64,000 nt of DNA from a virus, in IMG/VR virus record IMGVR_UViG_3300036828_000389, positions 1 through 64,000 of that record, one strand, 5' to 3'. Position numbers and translations under genes: made by a program. Under the pieces are notes generated by a model. It did no database searches, was not told where the DNA came from, and saw nothing but the letters and a program-made list of their open reading frames with translations. Shown one piece after another: positions 26,359-35,439 of the stretch; position 1 is the first letter of the stretch; each line of letters begins with the position of its first letter.

Positions 26359-28280
26359 TAAGGAATTCCTCCGGATGGGGTCACAGTGACGGTGTTGGCC
26401 TGGGGGATCTCGTAGGCAGCGCAGACGATGTCACCAGCTGAGGGCACTGCCTCGTTGCGAGCCAGCACGCTGATATTGACGTAGTCCACTCCTTCGACAG
26501 CCTGGATGGCGTGATAAACGCTCGACAGACTGATGCGGGTGCCGAAGTCCACCCCGTCGAAGCGGAACAGGTTCCGAATGATCGACTGGACGTTTTGCTG
26601 GACCGTGGTCATCTTGTATTGGGTCAGTACCTGGATGCCGACACTCACGTTGACCGGCACATAACCCAGGGAGAGGATCCCATTCTTGTTGTACTGGGGC
26701 CCCAGGATGGCCACGGAGACCGTGGCCACCTTCCTGGTGTCGAGGTAGCCGGTCATAGCTGAGTTGGTGATCAACGGGGTGATGTTGTTGACGGCTGACT
26801 GGAGAGCCGCGAGCCCAGCTGGGGTGTTGGGCCAGAAGGATCCCGATGGGTGGATGTAAAGGTTGACGGCGTTGTGGTAGAGCGCAGAGGCGGCGGCCTT
26901 GGCGATCTGGGGGATGTTCAGGATGAGCGCTGCGTAGTCGTCCAGGGTCACGGCGCGGTTGATGGCAGTGATGGATAGTGGGGCATGGATCCGGATGTGG
27001 TCAATGCTCTCGGCATCGGCACCACCGAGAGCCGGAGCCGTGTTCGTTACGGCCAGGACTCCTGGAATGGCTATGCCCACGTTCACCAGGGTGTTGGTCG
27101 CCACGTTCCCAGATGAGCCGCCGCCCGCGACGTAGCTGGCTGTGATCTGGGCGCCGGAGATCGGGACACGTCCGTTCGTGTTGTCACCGAAGATGATCGA
27201 CACGATCCCATTGGCGTCAGTGTTGGTGGTATATGCCATGTCGGTGGCCATGGAGTCCACCAGTCGCTGGAAATACTGCCAGACGTTGTTGGTGCCGCCC
27301 TCGTTCACAGAGATGATCACGCTGCCGTCCAGGACCGGAGTCCGGTACAGGGTGAATGTCTGAGCGGGGGTGCCGGAAGAGGTTCCCACGTTCTCATTAC
27401 TGACCTGGTTCCCGTGGACCGCAGGTACCGATCCGCCGTACATTCCGGGTGCCGCCGGTTGGTACGTGATCACGATGGCTGCGCCTACCGCAGGAGCCAT
27501 TCCCTGGCCTGCCCCGCTGAGGCCGTTGCCGAACTGGACCGTGTTGCCGTTGATGACGGTGTAGACCTGGGCGTTCCACAGCTGACCAGCGAAGGGGGGT
27601 GTGTTCGCGGGCGGCGGCGGCACATACGTCCAGGGTGTGCCGTTGACCGTGACATGCTGGTTCACGGACCCCAACCAGATGTAGGTGGGGTAGGGCTTGC
27701 CCCCCATGTAGGGGAAGCCGTCGGTGCCCAGCAGGATCTGTTGGTAGGCCAGCCCCGTCCCGGTCGTATTGATCGTGCCGCTGACCGCGTCACCGTAGAT
27801 CCACAGGCTCTGAGTGGTCTGGAAGGTGATGGGGCTGGCGCCGTTGGTGTTGGTGGTGACCAGTGTTGGGCCACCAGAGTCTCCAGGGCCCGGGATCAGT
27901 ACCGGTGGAGAAGGGTTGGTAATGGTGAACTGCAATGTGGTCGTAGCGGCGGTATTTCCATGCGGGGTGTAGTCCAGCATGCTGGCGATGTTCAGGACCG
28001 ACTGTCGCTGCTGAGCCGTGGCCAGGAAGGCTTCGTTGGCGATGCGGTCGCTGTAGAAGTTGATGATGTCGCCTACGTAGCAGAACAACTCCATCAGCAC
28101 GATGCCGAAGTCCCCGGGGCTACGGTCAGTCCACTCGGGCAGATAGGTCGGGATCAGGTTGACCAGGTCGTTGAGGATCGAGGCGTAGTCACGGCTGGTG
28201 TAGTCAACCGACGGTATAGAGAGGGTGCTGGGGACGACATCGGAAATGGTGCCGCTGATGGAACTCGGGACCATGGTCAT
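26358..28280 (-). CDS. baseplate J-like wedge protein
   Basis: DYTSRDY...PEWTDRSPGDFG; FGDNTNGRVP; GGADAES; RAVTLDDY. Confidence 0.92.
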   Translation of the reverse strand: MTMVPSSISGTISDVVPSTLSIPSVDYTSRDYASILNDLVNLIPTYLPEWTDRSPGDFGIVLMELFCYVGDIINFYSDRIANEAFLATAQQRQSVLNIASMLDYTPHGNTAATTTLQFTITNPSPPVLIPGPGDSGGPTLVTTNTNGASPITFQTTQSLWIYGDAVSGTINTTGTGLAYQQILLGTDGFPYMGGKPYPTYIWLGSVNQHVTVNGTPWTYVPPPPANTPPFAGQLWNAQVYTVINGNTVQFGNGLSGAGQGMAPAVGAAIVITYQPAAPGMYGGSVPAVHGNQVSNENVGTSSGTPAQTFTLYRTPVLDGSVIISVNEGGTNNVWQYFQRLVDSMATDMAYTTNTDANGIVSIIFGDNTNGRVPISGAQITASYVAGGGSSGNVATNTLVNVGIAIPGVLAVTNTAPALGGADAESIDHIRIHAPLSITAINRAVTLDDYAALILNIPQIAKAAASALYHNAVNLYIHPSGSFWPNTPAGLAALQSAVNNITPLITNSAMTGYLDTRKVATVSVAILGPQYNKNGILSLGYVPVNVSVGIQVLTQYKMTTVQQNVQSIIRNLFRFDGVDFGTRISLSSVYHAIQAVEGVDYVNISVLARNEAVPSAGDIVCAAYEIPQANTVTVTPSGGIP

Positions 28281-28957
28281 GAGGAGATCTCGACTCCTTG
28301 GCCTCCCAGTGAGAAGCTGATGTTGTGGACGGATTGGCTGACGCCGACGCTGAACTGGATCTCTATCTGGAAGATGCCGGTATAGGGCTCCTGGGCCACC
28401 AGGTCACACCTCTGGATGGTGATGCTCGGCTCGTAGAGGCCGATCTGGGCCTGGACGTTGGCCACGATGGTCTGCTCGGTGAAGAGGTCGTTGGACTCAA
28501 AGACGTACCGGAGCATCCCGGCGCCATAGCCGGGCCGCATGACGCGCTCTCCTGGGCTGGTCAACAGGATTGACAGGATGTGGTTGCGAGCCCAGATGAC
28601 TGGATCCAGGTCGGAGGCAACGGATCCGGAACTGACCACTGGAGGGATATTCGTCCAGGGGTAGATCGGATTACCGTTCTGGTCCGGCAGGACATTACCG
28701 GTGCTGTCGGTGAGGGGCGTACCCGGAGCGGTGCCGATATTGCCGATCAGGCACTGCCAGCCCATGTTGAGGTAGTACACCGCGTCGTTCTGGTTGTACC
28801 CGATGGTGGGATCCCACCCTGATGGTGAGTACCAGTTGAAGCCAGGGCTGGTATTAGGCCCGACTGTCGATCCACTGGCGTCGATGCGGAACGGCAGGGA
28901 TAGCTCTTCCGACTGAGGCAGGAAGCGGAAGGCCGGAATGGTGGTGAGGAAGGTCAT
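28277..28957 (-). CDS. gp25/GPW-like baseplate wedge protein with inserted CBM5/12-like module
   Basis: LSLPF...ILLTSPGERVMRPGYG...YEP; insert WDPTIGYNQNDAVYY...WQC...PG. Confidence 0.85.
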   Translation of the reverse strand: MTFLTTIPAFRFLPQSEELSLPFRIDASGSTVGPNTSPGFNWYSPSGWDPTIGYNQNDAVYYLNMGWQCLIGNIGTAPGTPLTDSTGNVLPDQNGNPIYPWTNIPPVVSSGSVASDLDPVIWARNHILSILLTSPGERVMRPGYGAGMLRYVFESNDLFTEQTIVANVQAQIGLYEPSITIQRCDLVAQEPYTGIFQIEIQFSVGVSQSVHNISFSLGGQGVEISS

Positions 28958-29868
28958 CTCGACAATGCCCTCACTGAGAAGAAGGCACGATCCATACCTG
29001 TCAGTCCTTGCAGCCCAGTGGTGGAACACCAGTGCTGGATGTAGATCGGGTCGCCCCCTTTACAGGCGACGATGTCACTGACCGGCAAAGTTAGTACATT
29101 ACCTGCGTAGGGAGCGTTACAGCCATACGTAGCGACGACGGTGCTGCCGTGGACGATTCTTACATTCGCCCACTGATTCGGACCGGTGGAAACGAAGCCT
29201 ATCTGGGCCTTCACGAAATAATCGTCGGAGTAGGGGCAGTAAAAAATATAGCTACTGAAGAACTCTGCTCCGAAGGACACCGTGTCGAAGCCATAGTTGT
29301 TCAGGGCAGTGCTTGTGCTATAGGCACCGTAACGCCATAACCGGCCTCTGGCGCAGTAGTTGCTGTTGCTGTATGGACGAGTTGCATTAGCCCCCGCAGG
29401 ACCGGTGGGAACTGGTGGGCGGTAGTTGTCGTTGGTGGCGGTAGCCCACTGGCGCACGTCGTTGAATGCCGTAGCGGTGGTGATGTAGTACAGCGGGATC
29501 TCGTAGGTGCCGGTTGACACGTTTGGTGCTGGTTGGTGCGGTAGTACGGTTCCTTGAGCGCCAGGCAGATAGAAGAAGCCGATGGTTCTGGCCGCCGGGT
29601 CTGCCCGCAGCACGACCAAGCCTGGCCCCAGCCCCGCGCTGCTGACGGTGTGGTTGATAGTGGTCTCACCGTAGAAGCCGTCAACCCATACTGCTCCAGG
29701 CTGGATGGTAATGACGCCGACTGCGATAGTGGCAGCGAACTGGGTGGCGAAGCCGGGGATGATGCCATTCCACTGGAAGTCTCTCGACATGGAACGCCAG
29801 CGCGGCAGGGTGGCGTTTACGCCCGGCCCTGCATCGAATGGGATGTAGGTCTCGGTTAGGTTGCTCAT
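28954..29868 (-). CDS. tail fibre/receptor-binding protein with C1q-like C-terminus (paralog B1)
   Basis: PFDAG...W...GAVWVDGFY...YEIPL; FYCPxxxxY...GDxIYI. Confidence 0.75.
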   Translation of the reverse strand: MSNLTETYIPFDAGPGVNATLPRWRSMSRDFQWNGIIPGFATQFAATIAVGVITIQPGAVWVDGFYGETTINHTVSSAGLGPGLVVLRADPAARTIGFFYLPGAQGTVLPHQPAPNVSTGTYEIPLYYITTATAFNDVRQWATATNDNYRPPVPTGPAGANATRPYSNSNYCARGRLWRYGAYSTSTALNNYGFDTVSFGAEFFSSYIFYCPYSDDYFVKAQIGFVSTGPNQWANVRIVHGSTVVATYGCNAPYAGNVLTLPVSDIVACKGGDPIYIQHWCSTTGLQGLTGMDRAFFSVRALSR

Positions 29869-29965
29869 TCGACCGGCCTCCCCAGGTGTTGTGTCCAGAG
29901 ACTTGCAGGCAGTGTGTCGCTAACCATGGGTTCGCTGGGGGGTTGTTCTGTGTCCAGGTCGATGC

Positions 29966-30811
29966 TTACGACGCTGTTTGTGTTCCCAGGTGAACCTGGT
30001 TGATCAGCATCGTCAGCGGACCGAACAGAATCTGCGGGCCGGTCCCCGCTGTCACTAGACATCCAATGCTCTTCTTTCCTGTGGTCACGGGTAAGGAGGC
30101 TGACAGTGAGATCGGCACGGAGATGGGCACACCCGACGGACCGCCACCAGCTGAGGCTGGGGTGACTACCGGTGTGAGGCTGGTCTGGTTGTCAGACTGT
30201 CCGTACTCATAGCTGATCTGACAGATGGCTGACTGCGCCGAACTGGCGTCGGTGAAGGTGATGGCTCCCGTAGCTCGCAGCTGTACCTGGGCCGGGTAGG
30301 AGAACCGCGGGTACATGAAGTTGAAATTGATCGTGAGTCCGCTGTTGACCGGCTGCTGGGTCATGGTCCCAGACCAGCCCACAGCACCCCCGCCACTGAT
30401 AAAGCAACGCAGGTCTGTCAGCGAGCCGGAGCTAACCAACCAGAGTGGGATCTCCCAGGCATGAACATCTTGCTGGTAGCCGTTGTAGTCCACGGCACCG
30501 CTGTGGAAGATGATGGAGCAAACCTCGTTGTCGAGATCGGCCCTGGCCACGATGGTGCCACTGGCTCCCACAGGGACGGCTTGTTGGGCGAAGATCTCGG
30601 CGTAGTACCCGTGAATGAAGCAGGCACCTGGGGTGACTGTGGCAGTTCCGCCAGACAGGGTGGCGCCCAGTCCCCAACCACTCTGGCCGACGGGATAGTT
30701 GGCTACGACACCATCAGGGGCCCACAGCTGTGCCATCTTGCGCCAGCGCGCCGAGTTGGCTGCCGAACCGAAGCCCTTGTCCCAGGGATAGTACTCATCG
30801 AAAGTCCCCAT
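29966..30811 (-). CDS. tail fibre-like protein (paralog B2)
   Basis: PWDKG...RWRKM...GACFIHGYY...WEIPLW. Confidence 0.75.
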   Translation of the reverse strand: MGTFDEYYPWDKGFGSAANSARWRKMAQLWAPDGVVANYPVGQSGWGLGATLSGGTATVTPGACFIHGYYAEIFAQQAVPVGASGTIVARADLDNEVCSIIFHSGAVDYNGYQQDVHAWEIPLWLVSSGSLTDLRCFISGGGAVGWSGTMTQQPVNSGLTINFNFMYPRFSYPAQVQLRATGAITFTDASSAQSAICQISYEYGQSDNQTSLTPVVTPASAGGGPSGVPISVPISLSASLPVTTGKKSIGCLVTAGTGPQILFGPLTMLINQVHLGTQTAS

Positions 30812-30812
30812 C

Positions 30813-31517
30813 TCAGTCTGGTGACCCCTGGACTCCCGGCGGCCCTGGTGGCAGCTGCTTGGTCAAGGTCTGCCAGGCATAGCGGTGCTGGGCCCTCACG
30901 TCCGTGCGGCCCTGAGGCGCGGTGGGCGGCATGGGTGACCCTCCCCCGGGCGTTGGTGCGCCGTGACCAAGCAGATCGTCCAGGGTCCGGGGCGCTGCGT
31001 GGGCGGGCCCGGGTGGCTTCGCTCCTGCTGTCTGATCTCTCTGCTGTTGGTTCTGTAAGGAGTTGATGTAGTCGTTGACGTGAGAGGGCACCGCTTCCAT
31101 CCCGATGGTGTGTCGTAAAGCGGCGGCGATACCGGCGTTTTTGAAGTGAGTGTGGTACATATTCGTTAAAAGGATCTTTCGCATCGCAGCCATGGCGGCG
31201 TTGGTCCCGGTCTGTTTCCAGTTGAGGGTCCAGTTCGCCCCAGCTGGTGGCGGGTTCGGACCCATGGGCCTCGTCGGACCCCAACGAGGTGGTGCCCCTG
31301 GTTGTGGTCGCCAACCGGGCCCTGGGCCACTCGGACCTCTCGGGCCGCTTCCACGCCCACCCCCACCTGGAGGAGGTCCGTTTCGACCTGGCATTGGGGG
31401 CATTGTTGCCGGGGGCGCTCCCCTGGGAGGAAACAGGGGAGGCATTCCGCCCCCTCCACCCGGAGCGGTCCGCGGAATGGTCCGCGACTTAACGGTGATG
31501 GGGTCTTGCTTGGCCAT
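30813..31517 (-). CDS. Pro/Gly-rich protein
   Basis: Start at MAKQDP with GAGG SD. Confidence 0.7.
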   Translation of the reverse strand: MAKQDPITVKSRTIPRTAPGGGGGMPPLFPPRGAPPATMPPMPGRNGPPPGGGGRGSGPRGPSGPGPGWRPQPGAPPRWGPTRPMGPNPPPAGANWTLNWKQTGTNAAMAAMRKILLTNMYHTHFKNAGIAAALRHTIGMEAVPSHVNDYINSLQNQQQRDQTAGAKPPGPAHAAPRTLDDLLGHGAPTPGGGSPMPPTAPQGRTDVRAQHRYAWQTLTKQLPPGPPGVQGSPD

Positions 31518-31522
31518 GTTCC

Positions 31523-32065
31523 TCAGTACCTTCCTCGCAACCAGGAGATGTGAGCTATCCGCGCATCGGCTGCTTCTTGGTAAGGAGTCTTGCGATCCAT
31601 CTCGGTCGCCACCGCTCCTACCGCCGCTGCCGCACGTATGAATCCTCTGGCGAATGGGCGTTTCCACCGTGGCATAGCAGAAATCTGCTCATGAACACCC
31701 TGCATGCGCTCACCCACTGGGTCGTACTGAGGCTGGGGTGGAGGTTGCTGGGGCTGGTTGAACTGGGGCCCCAGGTTGGGGTTGACCCTGTCAGATCCCG
31801 GCACGTTCCGAGTCTCAGAGCCCGCTCCGGTCCGCGAATAAACGCCCCGGTTCGGTGGCCTGGGCACGTTCTGAGTCTCCTGGTCTACTCCGGTTCGTGC
31901 ATAGGTGCCCTGCCGCGCTCCGGGCACGTTCTGAGTCTCCGGATCTCCACCAGCCCGTGCATAGGTGGTCCGGGGACCGGCCTTAGCTCGGGATGCCCTG
32001 GGTGGCTTGGTGCTGTACTCGCCCCACTTCACACCACCGGGGATCCTGGGTTGTCGAGTCGGCAT
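31523..32065 (-). CDS. Arg/Pro-rich protein with three internal repeats
   Basis: Y(A/S)RxGxxxET(Q/R)NVP x3. Confidence 0.7.
   Translation of the reverse strand: MPTRQPRIPGGVKWGEYSTKPPRASRAKAGPRTTYARAGGDPETQNVPGARQGTYARTGVDQETQNVPRPPNRGVYSRTGAGSETRNVPGSDRVNPNLGPQFNQPQQPPPQPQYDPVGERMQGVHEQISAMPRWKRPFARGFIRAAAAVGAVATEMDRKTPYQEAADARIAHISWLRGRY
31798..31967 (-). repeat. three in-frame 60-63 bp tandem repeats
   Basis: GGCACGTTC(T/C)GAGTCTC recurs near 31800, 31863 and 31923. Confidence 0.85.
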
Positions 32066-32067
32066 GG

Positions 32068-32571
32068 CTATCTCCAGGGCGGCGCGAGCTTGCGTAGCTG
32101 GGTGGTGCGCCCGATGCCAGGATCGGCGCCCATCATGGACTGCTGGCGTGGACTGTACATGGGCATCAGCTGAGACTTGGGTGCCGCCCGGGGCACCAGG
32201 ATCACCGTGTCGAAGGGAACCCCCTGGGACTCCCGGGTCAGCCCATCGGTGGGCTGCAACTCGGCCGGGAAGTAGTAGTCAGCCGGGTCTATGCGCTCAC
32301 CCTTATGAACACCCCGAACGTAGGAGCGTTGGTTCTGCCGCGTCTTGAGGCTGTCGAGGAGCCGGTCTCCGCGCCTGGTGTTGATCGTCCCCAGGTACCC
32401 GTCGGGGTACATGGCCTCTGGCGTGCGGTTGTACATGGACCGCCGGGCGTCCATAGCATCCCGAAAGTACGGCCCGATTCCGCCGCCGCCCCCGACGGTG
32501 TTCGCATTGCCAGGCGCCCCCTGGTTGTACGGAGGCAGGAACTCCCATGGCGTGAAGACACCGCGGGGCAT
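32068..32571 (-). CDS. conserved phage protein (possible virion component)
   Basis: TPEAxYPDGYLGTI...RRxDRLL...RGVHKGERID. Confidence 0.8.
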   Translation of the reverse strand: MPRGVFTPWEFLPPYNQGAPGNANTVGGGGGIGPYFRDAMDARRSMYNRTPEAMYPDGYLGTINTRRGDRLLDSLKTRQNQRSYVRGVHKGERIDPADYYFPAELQPTDGLTRESQGVPFDTVILVPRAAPKSQLMPMYSPRQQSMMGADPGIGRTTQLRKLAPPWR

Positions 32572-32813
32572 TACCCGATCACGCTCGTAGCGTCAAAGAA
32601 GGAGCGCACCTCCTCAGAGCGCGAGTGTGACACTGGCAGCAGCTGGCCGGTCCAGTGTGGATCCTGGGCGTCGGGCACCTCGCCGGTCTTCTCGGACATG
32701 ACCATGTCGTAGGTGGGCCCGTGCGGCTCCTTGAGGACGTGATCGGCGTACTCATAGCCACCCTGGCCACCGCTGGTGGGAGCCGGGCCCTGGAAGACGC
32801 CGCGGTTACCCAC
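32571..32813 (-). CDS. small hypothetical protein
   Basis: GTG 32813 overlaps the upstream gene end; TAATG coupling downstream. Confidence 0.6.
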   Translation of the reverse strand: MGNRGVFQGPAPTSGGQGGYEYADHVLKEPHGPTYDMVMSEKTGEVPDAQDPHWTGQLLPVSHSRSEEVRSFFDATSVIG

Positions 32814-33279
32814 TGTAGGCACTCTGCTGCCCGGCCCCGAACATCGCCGTGCGCCCAGGAGAGGACGGAACCGGATACCCACCACCCTGGGTCGGAACCG
32901 GCGACTCCTGGGGCATTTTCATGCTAGGAGACACGGTGAGCCGGGCACCAGCTGATTCGCCAGCAGACAACCGACCGCGATGGGCAGTCGGTTCGTGGAC
33001 GGTGTCACGCACACCGCTGACAAAAGCTGCGTTGTCGCGAGCCAACGGTGGCCCGCTTCCCCGGCCGTAAGTGTCGCTGCCGGTCTCATACGTGTCAGGA
33101 ACGCCCTTGAGGCGCCCACCGGTCGCACCCACCTCCCCGCCCAGGCCGGTCGGCGTACCGACCATGCCCGGTTGGGGCCCAGGAGGATACCAGATGCCCG
33201 ACCGGGCCTGACCCAGGTGACTTGAATTGGCACCCATCCGACGCCGAATGGCGTGCCCGACTCTTCGCTGATCAGCCAT
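32806..33279 (-). CDS. Gly-rich hypothetical protein (leaderless)
   Basis: TAGCAT-N7-ATG at 33279. Confidence 0.7.
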   Translation of the reverse strand: MADQRRVGHAIRRRMGANSSHLGQARSGIWYPPGPQPGMVGTPTGLGGEVGATGGRLKGVPDTYETGSDTYGRGSGPPLARDNAAFVSGVRDTVHEPTAHRGRLSAGESAGARLTVSPSMKMPQESPVPTQGGGYPVPSSPGRTAMFGAGQQSAYSG

Positions 33280-33300
33280 GACGCCCATGCTAGGGCTGGG

Positions 33301-33897
33301 CTACTTGGCGGGCCGGACCAGGCGACGCCCGCTCAGTGGTACCCATTCCGTATGTCCCTGGAGCGCGGCGATGACATCCTGCTGGAACCGCGGCATTTCC
33401 GGTTCAGCTGCAAAGGCGTAGGCGAGGCGAGCCAGGGCGTAGGCGTCGGCCTTGTTGGGGTCACTGAAGTCCTCGTTCCACCGCTTGAGGATCTCCTTGG
33501 TCATCTGATCCTTGCGGGTGTTGCCGTTGCCGGTGGCGAACTTCTTCAGCTGCTGAGGCTGGACGATGAGGGGGTAGGCCCGCCGGTCCTGGGAGTCGAA
33601 GAGAGCCAGGATGGTCATCTTGATGCAGGCCCCCACCTCGCCGGAGGCGTGCTGGCCGTACTTCTCAGCCATGCTGTAGCCCTCCATGGCGATCTGGAGG
33701 ACTTGTCCCCCTGGCTCCAGACTGGCCAGCCTGGTGAACTCGTTAGTGATGCCCACCATGAGCATGCGGAGCCGTAGCACTCCCTTTGGGATCTGGCCTT
33801 TGGGCTTCCAGCTGCTGACGATGCCCCGGGTGGGGCTCCAGGTCACCATGGCGCAATTGGCCACCCCGGGATCGATGCCCACGTAGAGATCAGTCAC
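33301..33897 (-). CDS. RuvC-like Holliday junction resolvase
   Basis: VGIDPG, IAMEGY, LKKFATGNGN, NKADAYALA; GTGA overlap. Confidence 0.88.
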   Translation of the reverse strand: MTDLYVGIDPGVANCAMVTWSPTRGIVSSWKPKGQIPKGVLRLRMLMVGITNEFTRLASLEPGGQVLQIAMEGYSMAEKYGQHASGEVGACIKMTILALFDSQDRRAYPLIVQPQQLKKFATGNGNTRKDQMTKEILKRWNEDFSDPNKADAYALARLAYAFAAEPEMPRFQQDVIAALQGHTEWVPLSGRRLVRPAK

Positions 33898-34115
33898 GTC
33901 TTGTGCCAGCGCTCTCGCATCTCGGTGGTGGCCGCAGGCTCGGGTGGGGCCTTCTTCGGCTTTCGCCGTTCGGCGGGCAAGTAGCCCTGATAGAGCCGCT
34001 CTCCACAATCAGCGCAGTACACGCACCGGCCGGTCTGTTGCCAGGTGTGGTCTTCATGGAGAGCTAGTTGCTGATCGAAAGCCTCCAGCGCTTGCCTGAT
34101 CTGGGTCTCATCCAT
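33894..34115 (-). CDS. small Zn-binding protein
   Basis: H...CVYCADCG. Confidence 0.7.
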   Translation of the reverse strand: MDETQIRQALEAFDQQLALHEDHTWQQTGRCVYCADCGERLYQGYLPAERRKPKKAPPEPAATTEMRERWHKT

Positions 34116-34329
34116 GAAGGTTGCGAGCGATGTGGGCGTGAACCCAGAACGTGCATTCCTCCAGTGTGGTTAGTGCCAGAGCCTTCTCCCGCGTGTCGCC
34201 ACCTGGAAGATCATTGATGTGATCGGCGTACCAGCGTTCGTGGGTGCGCCACTCATCGTGGAGGGCGCGGGTGACCTCGTCCGGCGCATGGTAGGTATAT
34301 CGGCTGTCAAGTTCCTCGCTGTTCGGCAT
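34108..34329 (-). CDS. Acb2/Tad1-like helical-hairpin protein (putative anti-defence nucleotide sponge)
   Basis: RYTYHAP...REKALALTTLEECTFWVHAHIAR. Confidence 0.72.
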   Translation of the reverse strand: MPNSEELDSRYTYHAPDEVTRALHDEWRTHERWYADHINDLPGGDTREKALALTTLEECTFWVHAHIARNLHG

Positions 34330-34570
34330 TCGTTATCCTTTCGACCTCCCGGTTGACGTACCAGGCTGCCTTTTTGAGATCCTCCACCGGGTCAGTGCCC
34401 TTCTTGAGGCCCGCCCGCCACAGGTATTTGATGGCGTTGCCCACGTTGAAGTTGTACTGCTCAGCGATGACGATGCACTCCACCCCGGAGGGATGGGCGC
34501 TGTAGTGATGCGGGTGGTAAACAGCGTCGAACTCTTCGTCGGTCACTTCGGTGTAGTGAGGGTGATTCAC
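34307..34570 (-). CDS. DUF3310 family protein
   Basis: HPxHY...ECI...FNVGNAIKYLWRAGLK...EDLKKAAWY. Confidence 0.9.
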   Translation of the reverse strand: MNHPHYTEVTDEEFDAVYHPHHYSAHPSGVECIVIAEQYNFNVGNAIKYLWRAGLKKGTDPVEDLKKAAWYVNREVERITNAEQRGT

Positions 34571-34737
34571 TTCTTCACCGGGGGTGGGCCCACCTCTTTG
34601 ATGGCGGCGATCAGGGCGTCGATCTCATCCTGGGGCCGGTCGAAGAGCAGCTGGGTGAGACAGCGCCCTCCGTCCACGTCATCACGAATGACCCGTAGTA
34701 GCTCCAGCAGAAGTCGGTGTTCTGAGTCACCAGCCAC
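34567..34737 (-). CDS. 56-aa hypothetical protein (not in ORF track)
   Basis: MAGDSEHRLLLELL...; GTGA coupling to DUF3310. Confidence 0.6.
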   Translation of the reverse strand: MAGDSEHRLLLELLRVIRDDVDGGRCLTQLLFDRPQDEIDALIAAIKEVGPPPVKK

Positions 34738-34876
34738 GCTGACTCCGTAGCTCTTCGGTGTCCTGCTCAGTTTGTGGCACTAGTCGGCGTACCGTCGACA
34801 CGTCCTCCCGCTCGATCACCACCAGGATCGGTCCCTGGCAGTGCGGGCAGTTGATCTCCACCTCGCTCTTGTTCAT
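34727..34876 (-). CDS. 49-aa Zn-ribbon protein (not in ORF track)
   Basis: MNKSEVEINCPHCQG; GAGGAG SD, ATGA overlap. Confidence 0.6.
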   Translation of the reverse strand: MNKSEVEINCPHCQGPILVVIEREDVSTVRRLVPQTEQDTEELRSQRGW

Positions 34877-35439
34877 GGCGCTCCTCGATCTGCTCGCGCC
34901 CAGCCCGGGTTCTTGGCATCGGTCCGCCGGGTGAGTTCGCGGCTCACCACGGACGCGTCCCGCTCAGCTGACTCGTAGAGCATCTGCTTGAGCTTCCTCC
35001 TGGCGTAGATGATCTTGGCTGAGTCCCGGGCCCGCTGGATCTCGGGGTCGGACTCCATCTGGGCCCGCACCCAGGTGACAGCTTCAGTGACCCGGTCCGG
35101 CTTGTTGGCTGCCATGTACAGCCCTTCCAGGCGACGGACCTCAGCTTCGGCGTAGCGCTCGGACACGTCCTCCCCGGCGAACTGGGCCTGGAAGAAGTCG
35201 GTCCAGCGTGTCAGCTGCACGAAGAGGTTCATCAGCTGCTTGTCGGTCAGGTCATCGATGTCCTGGGGCAGCGGAGGCAGACCGAACTCTGGCGAGGAAA
35301 TCGGCTCGACCTGTAGCTCTTCGTAGGCCCGATCCCAGAGTTTCCCCCGTAGATCGCTCAGATGTTCTTGCAGGGTTCTAGGACGCTGAAGTCGATGGCC
35401 TTCGGAGGATTCTCCGCTGCGGCTGGGGGCTTTCTTCAT
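34873..35439 (-). CDS. helical protein, possibly a UvsY-like recombination mediator
   Basis: Long helices, LPxDIDDL...SRELTRR; close to recA and the exonuclease. Confidence 0.6.
   Translation of the reverse strand: MKKAPSRSGESSEGHRLQRPRTLQEHLSDLRGKLWDRAYEELQVEPISSPEFGLPPLPQDIDDLTDKQLMNLFVQLTRWTDFFQAQFAGEDVSERYAEAEVRRLEGLYMAANKPDRVTEAVTWVRAQMESDPEIQRARDSAKIIYARRKLKQMLYESAERDASVVSRELTRRTDAKNPGWARADRGAP

Noticed and set aside
24682-30811. Diversity-generating retroelement acting on the fibre genes
   Set aside because: No reverse transcriptase and no near-identical TR/VR pair seen; the paralogues are anciently diverged.
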